Assembly (NCBI GenBank): GCA_012295275.1
Contig: CM022671.1
Coordinates: 16,616,001-16,680,000, forward strand
Direction of reading: 5' to 3'
DNA length: 64,000 nt
From: Chrysomallon squamiferum
Taxonomy: Eukaryota > Animalia > Mollusca
Of the stretch, positions 35,868 to 50,603 are shown one piece after another; the first letter of the stretch is position 1; each line of letters starts with the position of its first letter. The position numbers and the translations under genes were made by a program. Below the pieces are notes generated by a model that made no database searches, had not been told where the DNA came from, and saw only the letters and a list, made by a program, of their open reading frames with translations.

Positions 35868-35877
35868 GTCACGTGAT
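35868..35877. promoter_or_regulatory. E-box / CLEAR-like element upstream of the COMMD7 ATG
   Basis: GTCACGTGAT ending 10 nt before the ATG. Confidence 0.45.
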
Positions 35878-35886
35878 CTGTACAAA

Positions 35887-38800
35887 ATGTCTGCTACTTT
35901 CCATTTTACGAAGGAACTCCCCCCGGATGTTATTTTGAGTGACTTTCAAACAGTTAACAAATTCAACCAAGAGGTAACAGCAGGCAAATTAATTAAATTT
36001 ATATGATCGCCAAAATATACTACTAGACAGTTTAAAATGCGCAAAGATACTCCATCGAATCAAAGTTTTCATTTTGTCACTATAGAGTATAATTGTACTA
36101 CTATTAATATTATGTGTATAAAACTATAATACACAGTCTAATGTTATTGAATTATAATTTATAGAGAATACAGTCTTTAAACCAAAGTCATTCGGTGAAT
36201 CTGATATAACTTTCTTCATTTTCTATTTCATTTCAACGTACTGTTTAATAATAAATCAGATAATTATATGTAATTGTTGGTGCTAGAACGTCATATTATC
36301 ATAACTATTAACTGTAATTTATAATAGTATTAATACTATCACCGTGTATTTAAATTTTTTAATGTCGTCACTGAATAAATCAAATGATTTGCATTTTACA
36401 GCTGACATTCACGATAAACAAGAATGTCAATTGTAAAAGGCAAATCATTTGATTTTGGTTGATAAATTTTTTTTCTGATTAAAGTGTATTTATTGCAAGG
36501 GCTATAACTCTGGAGGCAACAACCATGTTTGTATTGGCATTCTATCTCAGTTTACAAAAATAATCAATCTTAATTAAATGAATCCAGTTCAGCTGAGAGT
36601 TACTACATATCAATAATTGTTTGTTCTTATGACTTAAATGTAATTTTTTAATCCATAATTACTGGTATAATATAAATATATACTATAATAATTATTTTAA
36701 AAAATTCTTTAACTTTGCATTTTATGTTGTATATTTCAAGATTTTCAGTAGTTGATTGTACTGATACTGTACTTATAGTAGGGGTCCCCAAGCAAAGACA
36801 GTTCACCAGTTAGATATAATTTACAAACACATTTTGTTTTTATTATTTCAGCAATTTGATCAACTTTTACAGTATGTTTTCTTGTTCCTTACAAAACCAG
36901 ACAAGGTAAGACATGGGTCATCAGGAGAAGTAAATATATATATATATATAAACACATCCACACAAACATAAACATATTAACCAGGTTAAAGATTAATTTT
37001 TTGGGGAAAACAACATTTTGATAAATGAACAGTTTTATATATATGTTTAATGTTAGTTTAAAAGACTAATGTATGACTAAAAAACTTGAGAACAGTTAAC
37101 AAGATCGATGCTATTTTTTGGCAGTGGAAAGGTTTAATAACTGGATTACTGAAAGTATATGAGTTTTATTTTTACTGATTTATTGTTCTTTTCTTTCAGT
37201 CTTCCAGATTAGTCAGTCAGCTTGATGAATTTGCAGAGCAGAATGGAGTTGGTGCAGGAGCACTTAAAATGTTTTTAAAAGTCTTCTCTATTACCCCACC
37301 TGTAAGTGCTTTCTGAACAACACTGATTTCTAGAATTTTCAGTAATTAACAGACATGGTTATTTCTTTTCATCCTGTAGTGCAGACCTTTTATTTTCATT
37401 TTTATTAGCATATGAGACTTAAGTGGTAAAGAAAACATCAATTTTTAATTTTTAATTTTTATATTTAATTTTTATTTTACATATACAAATACATGGATGG
37501 TTCTTCATCAGTAAAACTGTTTATCTACCAGTCCTTGAAGTTTATCTTTTCTTTTGTTTCTTATATTAATAAGTATAAGTACACAAGAAAGAAAAATAAA
37601 GGGAGAATATTAGCACATAATACATTATCTTCATAATTTATTATTTTCAGAGTTTGTGTTTAGACATCAAATAATACAAACACTTGGAAGTTTTCAAACT
37701 TTATTTTTGGTCTCTGTTTTCACCTCCACAGATACATTCAGTGTTAATATAAAATTTTAGTATTTCAGTTTAGTTTTGCTTCAGGCTCAGAGAAAGAAAA
37801 AAATATATTTGTAGAACCCCTATTCTTCATTATCAAAAAAAAAAATACTTCACTTGTACTGATCTAACTCTTTTACAGTATCACAGTTTTCTTCATTAAA
37901 AAATTATGTTTGGATTAAACTAATCCAACAGGATTATCTGCTGTAGCTATTTGTGGTCAACAATAAGTTTTTACATTATTGTGCTTCTCTATATATTATT
38001 TATTTTGCAGGTGCTTTGAAGAAAAACTTAAGTACTACTCAAATATATGAAGATCTTAACCACCTTGGTACGTTACAAGATATTTGACAAGTATAAAATA
38101 TCAAATGATGTGACCATTCTGATTTTGACTAATCCTTATAATTATAAAGATAAATATGTTAATTGTTTACACCTTTACTGTTTAATGTTTCTGAGAGACA
38201 TAACAATATACAACATGGTTATCTCCTCTTTCATAAATTTTTATATATGATGATTCTAGGTAGCATAAAAATCTAGAACAATATGACCTTCATAATCTTT
38301 CATACACTTTGGATTAAATATAAATTATTTATACCTTTTCTAGATGATGTTTCTAACTATTTATGATATAACCTTTTTTATTGAAATAAATATACATTTT
38401 TCTAACTAGTATAAAAATCTACAGTGATATATGACCATCAAAATATTTCATAAACTTAGAAACAGAAAACCAGAAATAAATATATTAATTAATTGTTTAT
38501 ACCTTTTCTATTTAACCTTTGAAACATCATGTCACACTTTGTGCATTTAACTCACACCACTTTTGAGGAATTTTGTATTCGGGAGATTTTATATCTAATG
38601 CAATTATTTAGTAGCATCTTTTTGTATGGCCCAGACCCATAGTACCTGCAGATGTCTAACAAGCATTAAAAAACAAACAAAAATACACATTTGCCACCAT
38701 ACTTTTTTTTCTTACTAATCTGTGGATAGAAGTATTTACATCTTTTTCCATATCAGTTTACAGCATGTAAATCTGTGTAACTAACACATTTTGAGTAATT

Positions 38801-41332
38801 TTGGTTGAAGATAAATGTACTTTAACATTCATAAATTTCCTATTCAATAATATAGCCATCATTTTTAATTCCCTTTTTTTTTTTTTTTTTTTTCCCAGTC
38901 TATAGATGGAAATAAATATACTAATTATTTATACCTTTCATCACACATCTTATAACATAAAGAATGTAGCCATCACATTTTGATAAATCTTTGGTCATAT
39001 TTAATAAATATACACCATTTTAGCTTTCATGATTTTATGAACTGAAATAAACATACTTATTTTTTACTCCTTTCATAATACTGGTTTACATCATAAAATT
39101 ATGTAGCCATCACATTTTCACTGATCTTTGGATACAGATAAATAATTTATATCAAAATATACAATAATATAGCTATCATAAATAAATAAACTAATAATTT
39201 ATATCAAAATATACAACAATATAGCTATCATAAATAAATAAACTAATAATTTATATCACCGACTATATTTGTTTACAACATATAAAAGAACTTGGTTATC
39301 ACATTTTGATTAATCTTTGGTAAGAGGTAAAATATATATTTAGTATTTCTACAATTTAATTTTGCTAATATGTTTTGTTGGATGGAAATAACTATACTAG
39401 TTATACATACCTTTCAGTATGCTGATTTACATCATAAACAATGTAGCATTCACAGTTCCAGTAATCTTTGTATTGGGATAAAAATATTTTCACCTTTTCT
39501 TCTACTTACTGTTTTTAACTAGTATAAAAATACACAACATGTTTTGGTGGACGGAAATAAATATACTAGTTATTATACTGATTTGCATCATAAAATAAAG
39601 TAGCCATCACATTTTTGACTAATCTTTGGTTAAAGATCAAAATTTTATACGAAAATATACAACACTACAGCTATCATGTTCTAATGAAAAAATAAATACT
39701 TTGATAATTTATATCATTGCATACATTACTTATAAAACAATGTAACAATCACATTTTGTGTAATTCTTGGCAAGAGATAAATACATTTATTAATTATACC
39801 TTTTCTTCTATTTAACCAGTATAAATATATTATTTATACCTGTCTTATATTGCATCCATCATGGACAGAGATTAATATAATGTAATCTAATAAAATTAGA
39901 AATAGCATTTCTTATAACAAAACATCTTAAAATAGACATATTCTGACATCTGACAGACTAACTGTGTGTGTTTATGCATGCAAGGGTACCAAAGGAATTA
40001 AAATGCTGTTTTCTGGAAGCTCTGTTTTTTCTATCTTTTAGGTTTATCTGAAGACAAAAGCAGACATTTTGTTGAGTTATGGAATCAGAATGTGGTGGCT
40101 CTTTCTGAAGGTGTTCTGAACAAGACACTGATGGTGAATCAGCTTGTTGATATGGAGTGGAAATTTGGAGGTACTCACTTTAGTGAAAAATACATTCTTT
40201 ATCGTTCTTGTTTTTTTTGTTTATCAATTTGCAGGTACTTACATTAGTAACTAAAATATATTCTTTATTGTTATATCAGTTTGGAGATTAGTCATAGAAG
40301 TACTTATTAATTGTTCTCTTGTTTATGACTTAAAAAAAAAAAAGTACTGTATGACAGATACTAGTTTAGTTTCTATGGGTAAAAATTTATTTATTTATTT
40401 TGATCTTTTTATTATTTCAGTAACTGCATCAAACTGTGAACTTGATAAAGTTGGAAATACATTCCTACAGGTAATATTGTTTACACACAGCAATCACAAG
40501 CAATTGATTTTAATTGGAAAATAAATCACATAAATATATTCTAAGCCTATAATGCTTAAAAATAAATATTAGTCTTAAGAGAAGCTTAATTAATACATAA
40601 TACAGTAATTCCATATTTTTTGTTAATTTCCACGATACAAAACTGAAGAAAATTAACAGAATATTTCTTCTATTATTGTACATGTTGTATGACAGAGGTT
40701 ATCATTTAAAAGAAATTTAATGTCAGTAATTCAAATGATATGGTGTTAAAACCATTGTATATTTGTAACAAATTGTTAACAAACAAAAACCACATCAATT
40801 TTGTCTTTCAGATAAAGCTTGTCATAAATACTGGTAATGGCACAAAAAATACATACATGGGTAAGTTGTTAGAAAAATTATAAACAATCTATAATATATG
40901 TATGTATGTATGTATGTATGTAATGTACATTACAGCAAAGAAATCAAGAGTCAGGGTGACAAAATATTAAAATATTGGTGTCTGTTTTTATTTAATGATG
41001 CAGACAGAAAACTATGAAACCTCTGTAACACCAATTAGAGCACATTCAGACTTTATCTGTCCAATTAGAAATCATTTTTTTAAAACATAACATTCATTTA
41101 TTATCACTGTTACAAACATAACTAAAACTGTTGTGTATAATACTTAAATTTCCTTAATTTTTATTTTAGATATATATAATGATAAAAGAATATAAATAAT
41201 TTATATTTATATATATATATATATATATTTCATTATTTTTATTTTTCTGTTTCAGAACTTTCCTTGCCTCAGTTTTATTCATTTTTACATGAAATGGAGA
41301 AAGCGAAAGCAAGTTTAGAATACCTCAGCTGA
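35887..41332 (+). CDS. COMMD7: COMM domain-containing protein 7 (apparent 1-nt deletion in exon 3)
   Basis: Exons: 35887-35973, 36852-36905, 37200-37301, 38011-38067, 40042-40170, 40421-40470, 40812-40860, 41256-41332 (TGA). COMM domain TLMVNQLVDMEWKFGVTASNCELDKVGNTFLQIKLVI...ELSLPQFYSFLHEMEKAKASL is typical of COMMD7. Exon 3 needs one extra A to stay in phase. Confidence 0.92.
38230..39830. repeat. Old degenerate tandem array in COMMD7 intron 4
   Basis: Recurring modules gaaataaatatac...ataccttt and tagccatcacattttga..aatctttgg. Confidence 0.7.
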
Positions 41333-42705
41333 ATGTTTCCTTAGCTTATTATTATTAATTTTAATTTTTTTTTTTTTTTGATTTGTTGGACAATCAAAAG
41401 AAGAATCATAAACCAGTAACTAAAATAATGAATTTGTTACCCTTGTTTATATAAACTCTTTTTTTCTTTTTTGTTGACATAAATAAAAAAAATACATAAT
41501 TAAAATCAATTATGCTTTAACATCTTGCATGTGACTGTAAAACCTTTAAGAAGGCACGACATATTAAAAGCACTATGTGCATTAAAAAAAATGTCATAAT
41601 ATATTTCATTTATTTCAGCATTCATAATGGTTGAAAGATATTTTGTTATGTAAACTCTTTCAAGAATAAAGGCTACTGATTTGTCAGTTTTAAAAAGTTG
41701 TTACAAAATGTAAAGAATATATGTGATAAATGATGTAAATCATTTTCAATATGGAATTATATATACATACATTAATTTGTTTTTGTTGTTTTGTTTTGAT
41801 GGGGTTTTGTTTTTGTTTGTTGTTTTTTGTTTGTAGGTTTATCACATACTTAATAAATGTATGTGAAATAAAATAAACATCAAAATTGTACTCATCTTGT
41901 TTGCTAAATATATACAGATATAAATTTCAAACAATAAATATATGTCTATTTGAAGCAGAAATACCTTATTGTCACTTAGCTGTTGACAATTAGTTTAACC
42001 ATATTTCAGCCATACTGGATCATAAGAGTGTGATTAAAATACATGTTATCAAAAATAAATTAGAAAAACTGCACAACTTTATACAAACCTGTTTTGAATC
42101 ATTTATTTTAGATCTCATTTTTATTAACAATGGTTATTAGGTGTCATGTTTTAGTTTCTGAATGATGATGTATACAAGAAAAGAAACTCGCTCCTTTATC
42201 TCTGATTAATAACAAGGTTCATTTGAATGTCAGATAGGAAAATGATGTGTATCGATCTATTAATTATCAGTTTTTCTAATACAGAGTGATGCTCTGTAAA
42301 CATATTTTTAAACATATAGATGATAAAAGAATATAAATAATTATCATAATGCTTGCTTGTTTCTCTAAACACCATCAACAAAGGAATTTATTTTAGAAGC
42401 ACTATGTTGGAGAATAAATAAATTAAAATATCACATCAAACATATCTGAAAATTTGGTTTTATACCTTCATGTTTTAAAAAAAAAAAAAAAAAAAATGAA
42501 ATCCCAGAATTATAACAAACAAAATTCAACTTTGTTTATTTCTGCGTCTTCAAAACTATGACCATTTTAATGATAATGAGTATATTATACAGTAATTAAA
42601 AGTTTTACCAAGCAGTCATTAAATAAAGTTAGTTTTGTACAACTGGATGAGATTCAAAACGGTCAGTGTTACACTTTGTCCTTTCAGTGAATGTAGTATG
42701 CAGAT

Positions 42706-45445
42706 TTAGGGTATTTTCTGAGCAAAAGGACTGTATGAGATTGCATGTGGTGAGCGGTGGTGTACAGGCACGTCGTAATGCTTCGTCAGCTTCATGCCGA
42801 GGCTCGGAAACCGCTCAGACATGAGTTGTTCCTCCAGTGGACTTAGCATAGGAGAGAGCTCCTTCTGAGCTGGCTTCGACACCAACACATAGCGACTGGA
42901 ATGGGAAAACAAGATGTAGTCAGTCACCCAAGCAACATTTATGTAAAACGTGACATTTATTAACCATGCATTTCTCTGTTTAGTTTTATATTCCGTTATT
43001 TAAGATGATAAACAGCTGGGATGAAAAACCCATCAATATTCAGTTTAGTGCAGCATTTTAATTCTGTTATTAAAGACAAAATTAGAAAACAATGAATAGC
43101 TAATGATGAACATCTGTGACAAGATTGAATTAAAATTTTGTGACACTGTTACATTCTTAGCTATTTCTTTATTATTTTTATATAACTACAGTAATATTAT
43201 ATAAATTGTTAAAGGTGTTTTTTCTACAGAGTGCCTAGATACATGTACCATACTGCAGTATAGTTTGTTCTTACAACAAGTATTTACTAAAATTATAATT
43301 AAAAAAAGAACAAAGCTGACAGAGTCTGATATTATCCTGTTTTCATGTTGTGCATTCATATTTATTTTTAAAACTATAGTTTACCTGCATTTACTAGGAA
43401 TGGACTTGCTTGATTTTGGCCGAATAGCATTTGGGTTCCTGGGATCTATCAAGTGTGGGCTGATATCTGGTTTGGGTCTTGTTACTGGAGGAATAGGACT
43501 CATCCTCAACCTAAATGTTCAAACAAGTGAGCCATGAGCATGCTGAACACACCATACAAATTATAATTTAAAACAGAAAGAAGGATAGATGAAATAACAA
43601 AGAAAAAGAATGTCATCACTCTGTTGACTCACGATCTATCTACTAGCCACTGATTTGAAGACTATCTCGTATCTGCAATATACCTGATCAAACAAATACG
43701 AGTAATGAACCATTATCAAGTATTACAGAACAAATCATATAAGATCTGTTTATGAAATGGTTGGGCCAGATCAATATAGCACTAGTAAATGGTTACCGGA
43801 AATTTTTAATACAAGAATGATCACCAAGATCAGTATGCCTGAAATGTTTGATACAAACTTGATTTCAAAGATCGGTATAGAAGCAGTAAATGACTACCTG
43901 AAAGGTCTTTCAGAACTCAGTTCCAGTTTCACAGAGCTGTCAGGTTGAAGGTCTGTCTGTTTTTCTGTTACATTAACAGTATGCGGATGTCTCTTTCGAG
44001 GAAAGTGTGGACCAGCTGTCTGAAGAAAGTCAAGGTCAGGTGGTTTTGGCAGAACTGAAGAGTTTGGTGTGGTCAGGTGTTGTCTCTCGTATAGTTCTGT
44101 GAAAACATCAAAAAGATATAATTTTATATATTTTTAAGATGATGAAGAATCTCTAAAATTCCCAACTAAAAACAAATGAGAAGAATGGTGGTAGTAAACA
44201 GTATCATTCACAATGCTAAAGAAACAAACTCAGCAGTGATGTTACTATCATCACAAAGTAATAATAGTTATTACAGGCAGTAAATAAAGGAGAAGCCATT
44301 ATTAGAATATATTTTTTTAACATTGTTGTGTGTGTTTGTAATATGTGTTAATTATAAGCAAGACACAATACACATGTAAAATTGTTAAATAAATTTCAAA
44401 AAATGTATTAAATAATAATTATTATTATTATTGTATTATTATTGTTATTTTATTATTATTATTGTTATTACTTTTTTTATTATTATTATTATATTATTAT
44501 AATAGTAATTAATGAAAATATTCATATTTATTTTTGTACATCATAAATTCATTTGATGATAAGAGAATGGTTTTATTTATATAAAGCACGCCTACTGTGG
44601 CCCATAATCAAACCAAGGCCAGCCAGTGAGTGAGTGGAGCATGTTTATCACAAGACAGGCATTGAACACATCATCTTTTTATACACCAGCTTTAGAACAC
44701 TGGTTGGAACTGGAACAAAGTCAACAGGGCTTTATCCAGCAAGACAAACTTCACACACACCTTATAACACAGCCTCTTATAAACACTGTTTCAGAACTCT
44801 GGAAAAGAGAACTTATCTGGGCAACTCAGTGGGCTGCTGTCCAGATCTTTGTCTGAAGAGTTAATAACACTACAAAGTGTTGCTGTTACCTGGGACCTGG
44901 CAACATGTTGAGTGTCCGTACAGCGACTGCTGCCGTTCCCTGTGCAGCTGCTCCAGCACAAGACGTTTCTCTGTAGCGTTGTACTGCCGAAGTTCCTTCT
45001 GCATTCGTATCAGCATGTGTCTGTGGGGAAAAAAACAACAACAATTTGTTTTAACTTTTTTTCATTGACAAAAAAAAATTAATAATAAAATACATGTTAA
45101 AATGTTCACTGGTAGATATTTATAATAGTTGCATGTATTACATAGATAAGATAATAGTGATTAAAATGACTGAACATTTGTTTAATCTGACTAATTAAAT
45201 AGTGTTATTGTTGTTGTTTTATTTATTATTAAAATAAAATACATTTCGGATTGGAAATTGCATGGAAGAAGCTGGAATCGTGAATTTGATCATCTTAATC
45301 ATTTAAGTCAAAATTATATTCTGAAATATCTGTCTCACTAATTAATTAAAACTAATACAGTTTATTATATTTTAGACGTTGTTTCTAATGTTATTTTAAA
45401 TAAATTAATAAGAAGAATATCAGGGTAGGAAAAAATACAACCCTT

Positions 45446-45484
<39 letters not shown>

Positions 45485-46414
45485 TATTATTATTATTATT
45501 ACTAAAGAAAAGAAAAAAAATGAATAACAAAATAAATAAAAAGAATGTCACCTCTGTATTGCTCTTTCATGCCAATGATCTGTGAAATCTGTTCCATCAT
45601 TCTTGTACAGGATTCCTGTCCACAGAGGCATCCTGTATGTAACAACAACAACAACAACATCAACAACAATGATACAAAATGATAATAATAACAGTAAATA
45701 AAATAAAATAAAATAATAACAACCCACAACAATAACAATAAAAACAACAACAATAATGAAGATGATAAAAATGATAATAATAACAACAACAGTAATAATA
45801 ATTAAGTTGATATTTATATTTTAAATAATTCTAAAATACCTAATTATAAGTATTAATAAAATATTGCAAAATGGGATATCTGATCATTGTAGTTTGTTAA
45901 ATATTTTAATAGTGTTTATATATGTGAATATGTATGTGGTCATGTGTATGTATGGAGGTGTATGTGGATGTGTGTGTATATGCATATTAAAATTCATTAA
46001 CAATAATTAGAAATGAAACTAAAATAAACTAAATCTGTCTCTGAAAAATATTGCAGATCACCAAGAAAAACCTCACCCTGCTAAACTCTGGTATCTTTTC
46101 AGTCCTGCAATGTAAGCCTTTTGTAGGTCCTGAAAAGTAACAAGAAATATATTCTTTAAAAAAAATATATATATTAACAGACTACAATTTTAATATGGAT
46201 TTCTATTTTTAAATATTTATAACAAATGTTACAGGTTAAATGCACAGTGTTACAGGATATTATTATTGTCATATATTTTCACAATACGTGGAGAAACATT
46301 AAGTTTAATCAAAACATTTTCTTTCCAGTGTTAAACTACATTATAACTATCTTGTAAAAAATAATAAACAGATCATTTAGAAAGTTCTGTGCTTTAACAA
46401 TATTTACTGTCAAT

Positions 46415-46451
<37 letters not shown>

Positions 46452-49400
46452 AAAGAAAAATTTAACAAAAATCCAAAACTCCACACCTCAGAAACTGTAT
46501 TCAGTTGAACTGATAAAAAGAAATTAGCTTATTTTAAAGACCTTGCTAATATTACATAACACAGTACATTACAATTTTCTTTTCTAGTTAGCAGTCTGCA
46601 ACTGGTTTATCAAAAACTGCTGAAAGCAGTTTATATTTAAAATCTGTTGTTTGTTTATTTATTTATTTTTCTTTACAAAATCATATCAGTTTTATTACAT
46701 GGTGAAAATATGAACAAAATAAACCTAAACAGAAAAAAAAAAAGAAATGAAAATCAAAAACAGCACAAACTTAAGGTAGTACATGTGCATTTATTTAAAA
46801 AAAATACTAAATATACAGTAAAGAAAAGACAAATAAATTTGCTCAGAGTCCCTCGAAATCAAATTATAAATAAAATATCTGGTCAATGCATTCTTGATAT
46901 TCTCAAAACAAGCAAATACAAAACAAACAAGACTTTGTCCAATCAAACATAATTATTGTTATGGTGAGTGAGTGAGTAAAAAATTAACTTGCTAGTCGGA
47001 GTCAGCTGCTGTGACAGACACACTGTCTGACAAAGTCAGGGGACACATCTGTCACAAGATTTGTTAAAGTAACAGTCCTTTGTATTATTTACATTGAAAA
47101 GCCATGTCCTAACTTTGCTCTCTTTGATTAAATATTACAGAGCAATCAGATTAATAGAGCTTGTAGAAATATCAAACTACATTCATAAAATACAACACAA
47201 CATAGCAAACACTTCATACACTTTGCTGTAAAGTTAATAAATGATAATTAAGTGAATGAAATTGGTGTGTGTCGGTGTACAAATTTCATTAGTTGATATA
47301 ACACTGATCATAGAACCCTAAAATGTTTTAATTCACAAAAGATTATAGCAATTACTTCTCAAGCCTATGGCTATTACTCTCAATAGTATGTAAAATATTT
47401 GATTTTGAAAGACATTCACTTCAGTGAAACAAAGTAGTGTTAATTGAAGGGCTGAATCCACTTCATCAGTCTAACTGTTCCAATCACTAACAATAGAAAT
47501 GTCAATTAGAACAAACTGAAAATTTACATCAGTAGCAAATTTTGTAAAACACTGAAAGCACTGGAATGCTAAATACGTGACACTAACCATGCATTTCTCA
47601 TGTTATTAGCTAATATTATCTCAACACAATGTAAAATAACATTAACTAAATAACTAGACCATGCGAATGTTGAAGAAACATGATCAGCATTGATGTTTTT
47701 ATTGTTATAAAGTAATAATAATTATTATTAACAATAAATATTGAGGAACAATTAAGATGTGTGTATATGCATGCTAATTAAAAGTAGCATGCATATGATG
47801 AGGATATATATATATAAAATACATCAAACACTATATGCCTCTAAACACACAATGACACACAGACATAGACACATGTTAAATACATCTGCAACAAATGAAA
47901 TGGCATTCACATATTTCACAACTGTGTTATTGGTCATTCCACAAATGCAAACTAGTGTTTATATTAACACATGTGTTAATCACATTTTAAACAAATCAAA
48001 CAACATCCATATAAATCATGATTACATTATTGATCATTCCAACACTTGTATTGTCAATACATATACAATGAACCAAAAACAGCATTCATATAGTTTATGT
48101 TATTGTTCATTCCAAAAAAAAAAAAAAAAAAAACCACACACACAGGCTTTACTTACAATAAAGGATTCAGGAAGATCCAAAATTAATTCCAACTGCATAG
48201 CAAAATATATCATTTTGATCAACAGATTAATTATATACTAACAGTTTTTCTTTCTTTCGCTGTTTTGTTTTCTTAATTTTTAAAGTTATCTATCATAGTG
48301 TTATAAAGTTTTTAACTTCAAAAAGGTTTATAATTATAACACTTACCATTTTGTTGGCTGCAGCTTAATTCATTAACTGAACTGATTTATTAGACTTTTC
48401 TCAAAACGTTAAATAAATTCCAATGTAAATTTGTAAACATTAAAATATTTTTCTTCTACTTCTTTTTAAAAAAAATGTAAAAATGCTTATGATGATGGTG
48501 ATGAATGAAATGATAATTATAAAATATTTATATTAAGTTAATAATTTTTGTGACAATGTCAGCAATATATAAAAAGAAATCAGAATAATGGTCTGATACA
48601 GTGAATTTACAACACTATATATGAAACACTAAATCTTTTTATGTGTTAAAAAATAATAACAAAATGTAATATTATGTAAAAACCTGGACATGTAATTATT
48701 ACCAATGAAGTGTGACTGAACACATTCAGGTGTGCATTTCAATCCTTGTTAAGAAGATTTACTGGATTCATAAAGGTAATTTAAAAACATACATAACTGT
48801 TGCTTAAGACTTCAGGTGTGATGGTCAGTGTATTGTAGTTGTAGGAACATTATGAGACTGAATTAGGTAATATGACAGATTTGTCAGTACTGTTGTATGT
48901 AATGTGACTGTTTTGTTAACACCATTTTATGTAACAAGTAACTGAGCATGAAACACAAGCTCAGAGGACCAAACAGAGATTGTCAGTCTGAATATTCATC
49001 AGTGACAGTAAAGTATTAAACAGACATGGAGAAAATGCAACATGATTATTCATCATCAATTTTAAATATTGAAGCTTCTCTCTCTCTTTCTCTGTCTCTC
49101 CCTTTATCCCTCTCTTTCTTTCTCTCACAATCATGCAATCTCTCTCTCTCTTTCTCTACCCCTCTATCTTTCTCTCTTGCTCACATATACACATACAAAC
49201 ACACACACATACACACACACAGACAAAGTAACAAACTACTAAACTAAAAGTAAGATAATAGTTATACTTGACACCTCTGAACTACCCTGATTTGTGCTAC
49301 CCTGCTTCCACTATTTTAAATCTTAGTCTCCTACATCAACAAAGAAAAGCTATTGTTTGTTATTATTACATTATGAGAATATATTTTGATTATGTTTAAC

Positions 49401-50565
49401 AGACTTTCAACTATTCAAACTGTTAGAAGAGAAACAGAAGACAACAGGGATCATGGTAACAGTTTTACACATAACTGAGAGAAGCTGGTGAACAAATCAA
49501 TACTAGAAAAATGGCAGCAAAGTGTTTTTTTTTTATTAGATGACAAACACATACCTCTTTAGTGAAGTGACTCTGGGCTGCAGTGTGGGGTCTTTCTTTT
49601 CTCTCCTTCGCTGGTTCTGAAACAGTTTAACATCTGTGTAAATTATTCATTTTAACCACTGGTAATTCAAACTAAACAACTAATATTTAAAACTATTGTA
49701 ATGTAAATGGGTACATATAGACAACAGTTGTCTGTTGAAACAACAGAGGTTTCTATTCCATACACACACACGGGTATACATGTTTACATACACACATTTA
49801 TACAGGACTGTTGTTAATTAACCCATGGCCAGACCCACAAGATTTCATGTATTTCAGACCCTCTCCGGCACTCCAGTCTTTCACTTCCCTACAGCAGATA
49901 ACAGCAGCACCTCAGCAAAAACAACTGACAGGCCTCTAGATTTCAGCCTAGACAGCAGTACAACTAATATATCCCTGCTGTATGCACAAACACTGAGGTA
50001 CAAACAGATACAGAAACACACACATACACACACACACACAAAAACACAAACATAGTCAGTGAAAACACACATACTAAATAAGAGTTGATCATAAACTACT
50101 ACACTGCTGTAGAACTAAAAATTCAATTATTAATTTTTTTGTTTAATACTATCAGCTAATTATTACCTCTGATTCTTCTTCTGCTGACAAACGAAGACAC
50201 TGGTCGCTGTTTAGGTTGTTCAGGAGTGCGTTTGTTCACCTGGACTCTGAAGTCAAGTTTGAACTCTTCCATAGACTTCCTCACATCTAGGTATTTAAAA
50301 GATTCACGTCGAAAGTGTCTTTCTTCCCCTGCAGGCAAATAAAATATAATATAAAATGTACTTTTTTTATTTTTTTTACTTTTTATTTTAATAAAATCTT
50401 TCATAAATAAAACATAATACTTGTAAATAAATGTTAATTTGATTTTACTTTTGATTTTAATCAAATAAAATTTAATATTTAAACAAATATTAATTATTTT
50501 GCATTTATTTTATAATCTCTCTGACTTCCTTTGCAGTTAAATAAAATACAATACAGTAAATACAG

Positions 50566-50603
<38 letters not shown>

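Noticed and set aside
45502-45789. ORF-track reading GCLCGQESCTRMMEQ for the exon at 45632-45552
   Set aside because: Splice phases require the other frame (GMPLWTGILYKNDGTDFTDHWHERAIQR).
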